Source: Pelomyxa schiedti (lineage: Eukaryota > Protista > Evosea). From it: DNA of 64,000 nucleotides. Location of the stretch: contig JAHLWZ010000518.1 in NCBI GenBank assembly GCA_020536535.1, positions 123,364-187,363 on the forward strand, written 5' to 3'. Numbering within the stretch: position 1 is the first letter of the stretch; each line of letters opens with the position of its first letter. The translations under genes were made by a program, and so were the position numbers. Of the stretch, positions 25,653 to 38,612 are shown piece by piece. A model generated the notes under the pieces. It was not told the origin of the DNA, did no database searches, and worked only from the letters and a program-made list of their open reading frames with translations.

Positions 25653-26096
25653 AATGATCCCTTATTCAGACTCAAAGCCAACACGCCACAGTTTTTTAAG
25701 ATTCGGGAGTGTGTACCAGAGAACTCTGCTACATCAAGGTGGTGAATGTGCGTTGAGGCAATGGAACGATATCATATGGTCCCTCTATGGAGACCTGAAG
25801 TTTGGCAGTACATTAACCTGTTACTGCGCGCAACACAAGAGGTTACACTACCTGCAACCAAGGGCAACCTCTCATTATTTCAATGGGAGGATGAAGTGCA
25901 GGTTCTTCACAAAATGAGATGGAATCGCCCAACTGCAGGATGAGGGTGGTGATGGGGTAAGACAATCCCACTGATGCTTAATGATCTGAATGCAATGCCA
26001 GGGATGGATTCAGATGGCAAGGTACTGATGCGTTGCAAAGTCAGCCCTCCGTTCTCTTTTTTAATTGACCACCCCATCAGAGAAATGTATCATTGA
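25653..26096 (+). pseudogene. Interrupted reading frame, possibly a MATH/TRAF-like domain remnant
   Basis: One frame reads ..VPLWRPEVWQYINLLL..LHKMRWNRPTAG*GW*WGKTIPLMLNDLNAMPGMDSDGKVLMRCKV, loosely like the MATH C-terminal strands. In-frame TGA occurs at 25743, 25941, 25950 and 26094. Confidence 0.3.
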
Positions 26097-26179
26097 ATGT
26101 CCGTTTACATGGGATCAGACGTGATATAAAAGCGGTTGAGGATAAGGCTTCATGCAATGACTCTGTAATCTCCTCGCAT

Positions 26180-27170
26180 TTATACAGATAAGATCAACCG
26201 AAGAGGAGATGTGCAAACAAATTGGAAGGGACAGCATTACTTCAGAGATAGAACAACGCAAAAGAACTGTGGCAAGTCCAATAGTAACGTTGGTCTTTAA
26301 ATTCTATGTACCTTCATCTTACATTGAAATCATACAGTATGACCAGCTCCAAGGCTCCTTGGTATGGCATGCCCTCACTTGTTGTTGTCGTTGGTTACAT
26401 AATACACTTCTCACCTTTCAAAAGAAAACACTTCAAGAGAACCTGAAACAAATAACATCCGACTTAAGAAAGCCATCACTACAGCACGTAGATGGAGAGT
26501 ACAAAAACATGCTAATCAAGCACAAAGTCCACTCTTTCTTTCTCAACGTTCCCAATGGTGGTGGCACTTAAATTTTCTTTTACAGACAACAGAAGTTGCA
26601 CAAGGAGACCTTGACAAATATTACAAGGCACTCAATGCGTATGTGCCAAGAAGTCACTAGATATAGAGCCCAACTCATTCCCAAAACGCTTATGCGATAC
26701 CACACTTTAAATGGAAGACATAAACAATACCATGAGGGAGTGGTGGCAGTCCACTTACCGCGGCAATGACATAGATGCAATTCAAATAAAAACTGATATG
26801 GAGTCAGACTCAAAAAAGGAAGGCGCAGTGCCGGACAGAAAGTATTGGTGTTATTGATAATACAGATGGCCTTGGCTGAGACATTTTGTGTGAATTGGCG
26901 GCATTCTATCCTTGGACGAGCCACAACCAATTTGGACAGGCAACTACAAGTCAACCACCACCACGGGGAATATCGCAACTAACGCCCAACACAACCAGAC
27001 GTAATGTGGAGAGTTTTGCGGCGGCCATCTCCCGTATCCTGGATCGCAGACACAACCAAGCCAGCTTCCAGCTCATTATAATCACACATGATGAAGAGTT
27101 TGTTCAACTCCTGGTGAGAAAACTGCCACTGGCGGGTCTCAAAGAATGCCAAGTGAGTTGTTCCCTCTGA
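26180..27170 (+). pseudogene. RAD50: Decayed 3' fragment of RAD50, introns retained
   Basis: TTEVAQGDLDKYYKALN; MEDINNTMREWWQSTYRGNDIDAIQIK; SAGQKVL; ETFCVN; LDEP-TTNLD; FQLIIITHDEEFV. There are frameshifts near 26725-26730 and 26895-26925, the SYNYRV..LDM segment is missing, and there is no N-terminal ATPase half. Confidence 0.85.
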
Positions 27171-27640
27171 AACATAAATAATATCTCAATCTAACTTCCA
27201 AACCCACAGTCCCACAGCACACCCAAGAGGAAGGACATCAACGACTTTGTTTCATTTTTTTTTTACTTTGAGTAATGGAAAAAGGGGTCTTTTGCAACTG
27301 TGACTTGTGTAAAACAACAACAAAACTGCCCTCACATGTTTGTTGAGTGTACCCGACTACGGGCTGTACCTTTAGTCTCTAAGCGGGGAGGTGGAAAGCC
27401 GAGGGGGCCCAATTCTGTCCCCAGAAAGTTTCCCTTACCCGAAAAAACAAACACGACAGTTCCTCGACGTTGCACGGTTTCGTGAAATCAAGGATCAAAT
27501 CTGGGATTCCGTATGATCAAGGAAACACAGAACAAAGTTCGCACCTGAACCCCTGCAAGTTCTTCTTTCGCCGTTCCGTTTTGGACGAGAAACGAAAAAA
27601 ACAACCTACAAATAAATCCCCTCACAAACCCTACCACAAC

Positions 27641-30600
27641 ATGAACCGCATTGCACCAACAGACGATGAAGAAGATCCAGACATGGCCCAAAGGGTCACT
27701 ACGGCGCCCGATGTTGACGGTTTGCCGTTTTTCCTCTTTCGGTTTTTTTGTGTTGTGTGGTTATCTCGTGAGAGCCGTTTGCTGACTGAATGGACGCACA
27801 CATAAATATCTTACGTGCATTTACGCACAGTCACTGAAGCTACGGCGAGTGCGAAGGATACTGGACCGGGTGATGAAAATGTTTATCACGAGACACATTC
27901 TGCCCCTAGCAGCGGCTCGTCGCGATCTAGTAATAAAACTGTGAGTTTGACTGGAATTACATTCAAGCCACTCGATTTCTGCAGTTTCGCATGTTGTCAG
28001 GTGTGTTGTTTGTTTGTTTGGTGTCACCCCACCCCTTTCTTTTTGGCATTGTGTGCTGTGTCAGGGTTCTTGAAACAGTTCATGGATGACCACTGACTTT
28101 GGATTTTTTTTTTTTTCCCTCCCTATCCCAGACTGTCAAAGCATCCAATTTCTTGGCACTGAGGCTCATTGTGCTATTTCTGGAGCTTGGCCAATTGCTG
28201 ACATTTGTTCTGGATGATCAAGTTTTTTGTAAATATGGAAGTGAAACAAATGCATGCTCCAGAACATGGAAGGCTCTGTTTGGAATACGGCACATTCGAA
28301 ATTTTGGAGCAACAAGCTCAGATACACTGGTTTCGGAAGAAAAAGCCAGAGTATCACTTATAATATCTGCTGTCTGCACTGTAATTATATATGCTTTGAG
28401 TATTCTTCAGATTCTCCTCGTTGTTAGGGGAACTCTTGGTAAGATCAAATGAGAAATTTTTTTACTCTAGTCCCAACGTTACTCAGGCAGTCGGAGGCTG
28501 TATACCCTCTTGCATTTCATTGCTTGCATTTTCCCTATTGTATTTATGCCACTGCTGTATGCTGCCCTTGAACCCTTTCTTTTGGAGAATTGGGACTCCA
28601 ATATACTTTTACTTGCATTCTCAGTTCTTACGTGTATATTATTACTGATATTGTCTTCTGTAATCAGTACATTGTATGGGTAATAATACAATTGTCACAC
28701 CTTATTATCTATAGCTGCAATGAATTTATGCCAAAGAGATCTATCTTGTCTGTTTCACAAGTCTGGAGTAGATTGCTTCTTTCCACCTGTGAAGGAGTAC
28801 TAGTTTTCTCTGATACCTTTATTCTTCCCGAATCGAGATGGGGAATTTTGACCCATTGCGGTCTTGTTGTGTGCACAGCTTGCCTTCTCTTTCTTCAGAG
28901 CAGTGTCTTTATGGTATGGCCATAAGTATGGACTAAAATCATTCATGCACCGTATAGCCATATTTTCATAAGTACATTGGGGGAGCGTTCACTGCAATAC
29001 TAGCTGGGATTGCATTTTCGTCATTCTTTATGTTTCCAGGATACTATACTTCCACATTTCCTCTCCATGCCATAGCAGCAGCAGTGTTTTTCCTTGGCAT
29101 TCCAGCAGGCCTCATACTTCATAAGGTGACAAGTTTTCCTTGTTCAGTGACATTGTAATAATGAAATTGTAAGATATTGCACTGGATTCTATACCGCATT
29201 GTTTTTCGACTACATTTTGTCAAACCACAGCCTTTTATGATAGAACAACAAATAAGGTAGCACCTTGCATTTTCTCAATGATCTTACAACTGGTTATTAA
29301 ACATAGGAGCATTTATCATCTAAAAGGGCCAACACAAACCCAGATGGACCACGCTGAGGAAATACTTCGCTCAGGGATGAGGTTAAAAGAGTTATTTCAG
29401 TTAATGCATTTGACACAGTCAAAGGGAATTCTCTGACTCACAATACTTGATGGTGTTGTATGCTATCTTTCTTTTCGATATCGTAGGCAATCATTCCAAT
29501 GCCACAGCTTGGGTAATTTTTCTTGCTCCACTTGTCTGTTTTTAATTACTTTTTCTTTTAAGTTAGAGAAAGTTCGGAAAAATTCAAGAACAACAGCTGT
29601 TGTACAATACATGAGATACTGTGCCTCAACACACAAGGTAGATAATGTTGCAGACCACAACATGCAACTAAGACTGGAGATTGCACAGAAGCACCATATG
29701 TAGTTTCCTTCATACAACAAAAGATATAACATATCTAGGAGTGCGAAACGGGGACTTGAAGCCTTTTGGACTCATTTGATGCACTCAAAGAATAACGCAC
29801 TTGACGTTAATTTCATGCTTGGGATCGTATCCACTCTGGAGAGACATGAATCAAATGCTGAGAAAATGTACCGCGAACTTGTGTAAGCCCACATGAATTC
29901 AAGCTACAATCACTGACTTCAACCAGATTAGATAACCCAAGATCTACTCTTTACTTGCGTCAGCTTGCTGGCTTCCTTAAAGAAATAAAAATGGACTTTG
30001 AAGAGGCAGAGGTTCTGTACTTGCAAGCTGATGAATATGAGAGCCGACAACAAAAAGCTACCAAGTAAGCCAATATTCCAATCGACGAAAAAAAAATGAT
30101 TATGCTCCAGACCTGCTCTACGGTTTGCAATAGAAGAAAGCGAAGCAGCTAAAATTCCCCGCACTCACACAGAGCCACTTTCAGAGAAGTCCTTTGACAG
30201 CAGACGCTACAGTGTGTCCAGTGCCTCGGATGTCTCGTCAATGGAAAAAAATGCACTTGAAACTTACAGACAAAATATTGAATCGAGCAAGTAGGCACTA
30301 ACTTTCTACTTGGTTTCTTACTTATTTGGCAGATCTTGGTCAGTAGAAAGGTTAAGACTGGCACTTATTGGTGCCTTGGCCATCCTCCTTATCAATATCA
30401 TTGTTATTTACTCGGTTAGCACTAGTTCAATTTCCCATATACATGCGTCTATTGACGAAGTAGAAGAAGCCAGTAATATTCTCCCTCTACTTTTCAGTAC
30501 CTAATGCAATTTAGCTGAGCTATCACTCTATCTTGGATCTTCCCTTCATACCGTACGGCAACTGCAAATGCAAAACGAGTTTGGTTATTGCCCTGGGGAT

Positions 30601-33600
30601 CCCAATTCTTTGTACCGGATTCTTCCAGAAGACTTAAATATGTCACGATCACTTTTTGACACTTCTCTATCTGTTGCTGACGCCTCCTTGGACCGCCATA
30701 TATGGACTGATACTCACTTACCTACAAGGATCTTCGTAGAGTACGCCTATATTTTCTCTATGTTTTATTTCTCAAAGAAAAATCAAAGCGGAAATCACTC
30801 GGATTGGAGCCAGAGCTTCTATTCCCGGAATTCATCTTTGTATGAAGCTACAACCGATATCTGCACCTCGATAGATCTATTGATCCCTGTTTTAGGTTAT
30901 CTTGTCTTTCGTAGCTAAATGTATCTCAACACCTGTTAAGATCCAGAAAATACCAGGGATGAGAATTTGAGCTTTAATCCAAACTTCCGGTTTCTGATGG
31001 ATAACTTATGGCAAACGGTTGTTCCTAAGCTGTATGGTTCTAAAAATCATTTCTCGAAATGATTGAGTTTAGCCTGGTTCTTCCTGATTTCCGGTTTAAA
31101 GCAAACGACAATCTCTACTCCTTAATGAAAATGGCAGTCAGTATAAGTAAACACGTCCCAGTTTTTCTTTCCCTTAGAGCCATTTAGTTCTACCAATTGT
31201 CTCCGTCTTATTTTTTATTTTTGTTGGTTTTGTTTATATTCCTTGTGAAGTAGCACTGAAAAGGGAACGACTGGTATGCAGGACTTGCTTTACTTGTTTC
31301 TTTACTAAAATCATTAGGCTATAGTGAACCTATTCACCGAAATTCCCAAGGTAGAATCTCATTTTGCCTTATATTCACTTACTTTCAAAGTCTACAATTG
31401 CAAACATTATTTCTACACTTACAAGTGACGGAGTGAATAACGGACTTTCTGCACTCACCTATGCGAAAAGAAAAGTGAATTTTCTCTTTTGTTTCATGCT
31501 AGTTCCGATATTTTTTTAGACATCGATAATTAGCAAGCTGAGAATTCTGTTTATGGTTTCTTGCTTGGCACTACTGCTTCTCTCCTGCGCTATGTCGTTT
31601 GTCGTGCTTTTTTATGCTACTTCTGGTGATGGTGAAGGTAGTACATGCACTTAACACTCCTTACTCACAATCCCAAGATAAGGTAATAAATTCTGAAAGG
31701 CGCACTGAATTGGAGTCTCAAGAAATGCTCTTTCTTGCAAATGAGCTCATTCTTCAGGATATGAGATCTTGGAGCTCCGTTGAAGAGGTAAAACCGTGTG
31801 ACTATCGTTTTGCCACCTAAGTAAGATTTCAGATTAGACAAGATTATGCTAGAGCAGAGTCAGAATTTATACTTTTCTCACATGAGCTGCGTTATACACG
31901 GGGGTACGGTGATTCTCATCTGTAATAGGAAGTGACATCTCACAGTGAAATTTTTGAACGTGATGTGGCTTGGGAGATATTCTTTTCCCGCCCGTGCCCT
32001 TTCAACTCTTCCTCTCTGCAATGTACAGGCTTAGATGGAATGATCTCCATCTTTAGAAGTCGTCTACATGCTTTATTTCTACAGGAACAAGAGTATTTAC
32101 TTATTTTTTGATTTAATTCTAACCCCAATAAAAAAAAAAGGCAATTAACATGGAACAACACAAACTTTCAGACTGCCTTTAGTATATTTGATACCATGCA
32201 ATCTTGGATGATAGAATTGAATGCGTGCCTTGCAGGTTAACTCTTATGCTGCTTTCAGTTTTCATGAAAATTCTTTCTGCTTTAGATGAAGCGGCATCTG
32301 TCCTTGAAGTATCTAGTATAATTCTCAACGCACTGCTTGGGATAAGGTACTTACCTTTCAGGGAGAAGTTTAATTTACTTGTTGTAGCATTCCTGCCTGC
32401 CTTCTATTCTATGTGATGTCTCATTTTGTGTTCAGTACTCTCATTGTGGAAGATACTAGGTAGAAGACTGACTCAGTATAACTTTTTGACGTTGTACAGA
32501 ACTCTCCAGCTACTTCTGGCTGTTCCATTAAATGTACTCCAAGGCACAGCAGTGATAAAACAATTTTTCGAAACCGGAAGTGTGTCCGGCCGAGCAGCTC
32601 TCAAGACTGCTGTGGTACATTCTTTTCCCCCAGATAGCTGTTGAAGTGTTAATAACGGAAAAAGGAACAACAGGAGAAACGCACAAAAATGTTATTGGAT
32701 GGGTCCAAAGATGCTGTTGTGGTTGTTGATGAAGGGTTTGTGCAACTCTGTCACGCGGTTATTCCCTCTCAACCACTTCAGGAATCACATCGAGATTTTC
32801 AATCCTAGCGCAGAACGACTTTTTGGATATCGGGCTGATGAAGTTCTCGGTCAATCAGCCACCGTTGTATTGCCAGGTGAAATCATGGGGCAGATAATGG
32901 AGAGAAAGGCCAAGTTCCACCACAAACAGAATAAAGATAGTACACCACCGCCAAATCTTGATGACCTAGAAGCAGATATCACAACTAAAAGTCGGTATTC
33001 CTCCCTCGCCTCACTTCTGTCTCAGTTTCAAAGGTGGCACTGTGATACCAACACTACTATCAATCTCGGAAATTTGCAGTGCCCAAGGTGACTACAATTA
33101 AAGAAACAAGTTCGTTCCCTCAAAAAGAAAATTTTTTAGGTGCTACTGTGGCTATGTTTTTCAAGGATATCAGTAAACTCAAGGCGCAAGAGCAAGCTCT
33201 TGAACAACAAAAGCTGAAAGCTGATATGCTTCTTGAAAATATTCTTCCAAAGCCTGTCATGGATCAACTCGAAGCTCACCCGGGAAAGCTAATTGCACAA
33301 AAGTACACAAGTGCAACAATCGCATTTGCCGACATAGTGGAGTGAGTAAAACGTCGGAGTATCTTCGGCTAAAACTTCACAGATTTACTCCTTTAGCAAG
33401 TAACATGGCCCCAGGAGAACTTGTAAGTATGCTGAATGGCTTATTTTGCCTCTGGGATTCCTTGCTAGATATTTATAATGTGGAAAAAGTCAAAACTGTG
33501 GGAGACTGGTACTGACAATCTTTTTATTACCTCTCATCTCAATACCATCTAGCTACATGGTGGTTGGCGGAATGCCTACAACGAATTCAACTCACCCCGA

Positions 33601-34051
33601 AGATGTTTTGGAGTTTGCAATAGCAATGTTTTCTGCTCTGGAATTCTTTAATGTACATAGGCATCACAAACTCAGAATTCGGGTTGGTAAGTAATTTACT
33701 TTCTTAGTATCAGGATTTAACTATTCTAGGACTGAATACAGGCCCTGTGGTTGCAGGTGTAATTGGAAAGAAGAAATGGGCTTTTGGTAGGTTCAGTTAC
33801 AACCTTTCATGACTCTCACCTTTCAAATAGATTTATGGGGGGATGCCGTATGAAACCCAATACATTATGTTCACTCTTTTGATCCTTCAAAGGTCAATCT
33901 GGCCAGCCGACTAGAGAGTACGGGCGTACCCAACAGAATTCAAGTCAGTCAGCACACCCAAGAGAGGTTGTCCAACCGGGGTTACACATTTGAGGGCCGA
34001 GGCCTCATATCCATCAAAGGAAAAGGAGACATTGACTGTTTCCTTCTGTAA
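27641..34051 (+). CDS. Large multi-pass membrane class III adenylyl cyclase with PAS domain
   Basis: PAS: DAVVVVD..IFNPSAERLFGYRADEVLG. Cyclase: LLENILPK, FADIVEFT, VEKVKTVGDCYM, NTGPVVAGVIG, FDLWGDAVNLASRLES, KGKG. The Lys in EKVK and Asp in FDLW are ATP-specifying residues. Many hydrophobic exons lie upstream. Confidence 0.88.
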
Positions 34052-34522
34052 GAATTCCGCCTCCCAAAAAAGCCACTATGAAACACAAATTTCGCTAATA
34101 ATAAACGAAACCCAAAAACAAACTAAAACCAAAAGGGACGAACCCAAGGCTAATCAGGCAAAGAAACCACTTCCACCTGATTTCTTTGCTGGGTCTCTAT
34201 GTGAAATGGGGGACGAAGAGGGCTGGGACATGGGCGGAAAAGTGTTCTCTCATTCGCCCTCCGTCCAACTTGGTTCCCCCACGGTCCCTCGTTGTACAAT
34301 GGCCTCGCTAGTGCCCTCAGTCTCTATGTCCTCCAATCTGTAATTTAGAATGTTGAGTTGTGAAGAAATTGTTTGTTTCTAATTCGCCAATTCCGTAGGC
34401 CATCACTGCGTTTTTTTTTTTTTTAATTACGTGGTGTCACGCACCGGTGGTGGCTGTGCCTTTGGCCGAAGATCTCTGTTCTTTAAAAGACACGTGTCTG
34501 TGTTTGGTGAGCTCTACGAACA

Positions 34523-37500
34523 ATGGCTAAGGTGGATCTGTCGCAAAAGAGAAAAGGGGCATTGATTGTGTTGGTGGCTGTTCTTGTTGCCGGTGGATTG
34601 TTGGCCAATGCGCTCTACGAGGATATGGCTGGTTTAGTCGATTGGTACAGACAACGATGTGATTGTTTTGAATTTGATTGTGTTTTTTTTTTTTTTTTTT
34701 TGTCGTTTGTTGTCTACGATTTTTTTTTGTTTCGAACCGAATATACAGGCATAAGGAATTTATTGGCGAGGTTACTTGTGGGCAGCTTGTTGGTAACAGA
34801 GCTTATATTGGTGGATCAGTTAATGGGGGAATTTTGGCGTGTCTGAATTCTTCTTCTGGGACTATTTGTACGTACCCTTCGACATTATTACCAGTTGCAT
34901 GTCAACTTGCATAGATTGGCGACGAGACCTCAATGAAAGGATTGATTTCTTGCAAGTCCGGGGAAAGGGTATTCAACTTTATGTGGGTTTTTTTAAAGAT
35001 TTACTTAATACATTTAGTTCTACTTGTTACCTCGAAGGAGCGTGCTAGTTTATGGACTGTCGAGGGTTCAATGAGGTGGGATGTAACAATCCCTCACACT
35101 GAAAGTTCGTTTCTATCACACTGATGTCAAGATTTAATTGAGCCAGTCAATTGCAGATTTCCATGCTGCTTTCCTTGACGACATTGATGAAGATGGACTT
35201 GCTGAAGTCGTCATTGTAGCGGGGTAAAAAAGTAGTTCAAGATTGCCTATGAATTAACACTGATAGTGGTGAAATGAAAGTCTTATCCGGGAAAACGGGT
35301 GATATTATGTGGAGAAGAACAGAGTAACCTTTACCTATTTCCCGTTATTAAATCAAATCACAAACAAAAACCACAACAAAAAAGTATTGACTTCTTGGCC
35401 TCTGCAATTCAGTCTCATGGCCATGTCGTTGTGATATCTGGAACAACAGATAAGGTGTGCAAGAATCAAGCATAGAAACTTCTGAAGCAAGTAAACAGGG
35501 TCAGATTGCACTTTCTGTGTTAGATCCTGTGGAACGAAAAGTGAAACTCGTGGATACATCAGTTGCACCCTTGTGTAGCTCATCATCCCCGCTACTTGAG
35601 GTTTCTGTTTTGACATGGGCTTGCCTTGATGCATCTGAGCACGTTTTGCTGCGACTATCACTTAACAACGCCAACAAGGACGAACCCTACTTGAAGATAG
35701 ATAATGTTCCACTTGAACAGGTTACTACACTGGGGACCTTCTTTGCCACCGTTTGCCCGAATTAACCTTATTTAATATAGCATTTTCCGCATAGTACCAC
35801 AGTCCATCTTACTCGAGAGGGAATTTTACAAGCACCAGGCACATCAAAAATGATAGTAACTTCAAAGTCTGGTCTTCTTGAGCTTATCACAGTAGACGAC
35901 CGTAGAGTAATTCCTTTTGCTACAGCATCTGGTCCAGTTGTGTTAGCTTCTGCAGAAAACGACCATGTAACTGGGCAGTTCTATCTTATCTTCTGCTATA
36001 CAAACCACTAGATTGTCCTGTCAATCAAACACCGTAATGAACCATTGCAAGACAAGGAACTGACTACTTCATTTCACCAAAGTGTGAACCCAAAACTGGT
36101 GTGCTGTCTTGGTTTTTGTTGTTTCCTAAGCCCCTAATACAAATAACCAAAGGCAATTGTGAACAGCATCCCAAGTGACCAAGTTCCAATTGCTTTAGTT
36201 ATCATGGATGACATGGTAATTAATGGTATCAATCACCGTGGCTCGGTTATGTGGTCCAGGTTTAGTAACCACAAGTAAATTCGGGTTCTAATTGCCCTAG
36301 AGAGGAGGCTTTAGCTGAAGTTGATGACATTGAATTCGTGGAACTTCCAGCAAAAGGACTTGAGGAAACTCTCAGTAAGAAACAATCTAAAGAGGGGTAA
36401 AATTGATCTTCTTGGCATAGGTCCTGCAACAAGCAGCAATTTGCCTGCAAAGTTCTTTTCAAGGCTTATCTCTGATGTTAAGCACCTATTTTTTGAGCTC
36501 TCACAATCAGCTTCTGCTGTATCTGTAATGTATTCTGAAATAAGGCTACATTTTTAACCCAATATAGGACTGGCTTCATGACGTTTCCAGCTTAAATAAC
36601 AACCATACAACTAAAGAACTGGTACTTAGTTTTAACACTGCAATCCCTTGACAAATTTTAGGAAAAAGATATCTTCGGGTTTAATCAATTAGCAGTTATT
36701 GCTACGAAGTCAATGAAGGTGTACGCACTACGCGTCGCAGGTGCTGGTCAAGTTGAGTGGTCCGTTCACATATCACCAGAACTTCCAACTGTGTCTGAGG
36801 TTCCAGTTGCTCAAAATATTTTTACCCTTCGCTCTACTGCTCACAAGAACCCTGTCTCTGCTCTAGTCACTGTCTTTTCTGCAGTTACTTACCCTAAAAA
36901 CTCACAGAAATGATGTTAACAGAAATTCCTAGACTAGCACAGTTGCACTCTTCAATCCTATTACCGGCCAGATTCTTGAGGTTAGTCATTATGACTTCCC
37001 AGCTGCACAAGTTAGTATGCTTCCTGAAGTGGATCACATGGATATGTATTACGTGTAGCGTCGGACTGTGGTTTTTCCTCATGATTTCTGTATAGGCACA
37101 CGCTAGTACTCCTTGAGAGGACAGGTCCACTCAGTGCTACGGTACCATTCCACAACAGTTTCTTCGCACCTTAATGTATTTTTCGTGCTTTCTCAGGCTC
37201 ACTTTTACCCCGGCAGCACTCTCCCACTTAAAACACAAAGGGAAGTCCATTTGTGGCTTGTGGACCCAGCCAAGTCATTGATTGTGGGATTTGCTACCAC
37301 AACCCCACAAGTAAGCTCTCCAGCTTGTTTAATCTCTTACTTCACCAGTCGGAATTCAAATCCGTATGTGTGTGTAAATGGAACGTACAACTTCCAGAAG
37401 GAGAAAAAATTGTCAGTGTGGCAGCACACGATAGAAGAGAAGTAGTAAATGCTCGTGCCAAAGTTCTCGGAGACAGGTTTGATATCAATTTTCGTACCGT

Positions 37501-38531
37501 CTCATCTCTTATCAGGTCCATTATGATTAAGTACATAAACTGGAATGCCATTGCAATCGCAACAACTATGGACTCCACCCCCGCCAAGTCAGGAACTTCA
37601 AGCCAAAAACCCTTCAGTTCTGTGCAGTTATATGTATTTGATACACTCACAGGTATTATTTACCAGCATTCCTACCTGACTCACGTCATTAGGCGCCACA
37701 ATCGCACAAGTCGTGCACAAGCGAGCAACAGTTCCAGTGCACATTGCCATGGTGGAGCATTTAGTTGTCTACACATTCACTGGTGGACAACTTCAGTCGA
37801 AATTAGCTTCCCTTGAACTCTATGAAGATTCCAAGGATTGGAGTCCGTATGTACAGCTATCTGCCTACATGAAAATTACTAAAAAAAAAAGAGGGGAGCT
37901 GGATTCTACCAAGAAAGTCGGTGATGGTTTACAGGTTCTCAGTCAAGTTTGGAACTTTGCCACAAATATCAAAGACATGACTTTTTCCATCACAGCACAT
38001 GGAATAACTCCTCACTACCTCATCAGTAAGTATTAGCTTTCGTTTATGAAATTAAATAAATTTTTTTCCCAGCTGTGCTCGATCACCAAGTTTATGTACT
38101 GGATCCACGATTTTTTGATGCGCGACGCCCAACTCCAGTCAATAATGCGCCTGCAGTGTTAACACGCGAAGAACGTGAGGAAGGACTTATTCCCTACCAG
38201 TCAAGCATCCCGGTCCTGGCCGTGAGTTTTGCCTCGTACTCTCTTTCCCTCCACGGCGTGTCACAAGTTGAATCCGCTTCCACACACCTCGAGTCAACTT
38301 CACACATCCTTGCCTTTGGTTCCGCAAGAGGAGGAGGAGATATGTTTTACACAAGAATATCACCAAGCGGTGCCTATGATATGCTCAGTAGCGATTTCAA
38401 CAAACCCCTGATATGCCTCTCCCTTGCAGGTAATCCCTATCCCCCAGTTTATCTTACTAAAAATACTTCTAGTTTGCCTTGTAGCCACTGTGGCTGTGTG
38501 GTACCTCGATAAAAAGAGATCCCACCGTTAA
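34523..38531 (+). CDS. EMC1: ER membrane protein complex subunit 1
   Basis: Signal peptide then ALYEDMAGLVDW; C-terminal GITPHYLI, LDPRFFDARRP, EEREEGLIPY, LESTSHILAFG, DMFYTRISPSGAYDML and a terminal TM helix. Confidence 0.93.
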
Positions 38532-38612
38532 ACGAAAATCTAAAAGACATTTTTTCTTTAGTCTCTAAACCCATTTATCCAAAAGGTCTACAAAACTACA
38601 AGGGATGTTTAT

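Noticed and set aside
25560-26096. TGA-to-Trp or selenocysteine recoding
   Set aside because: Intact genes here (fusion gene 4923, CK2 beta 17522) use TGA as stop. Reading TGA as Trp gives implausible runs such as WWW, and no SECIS could be supported.
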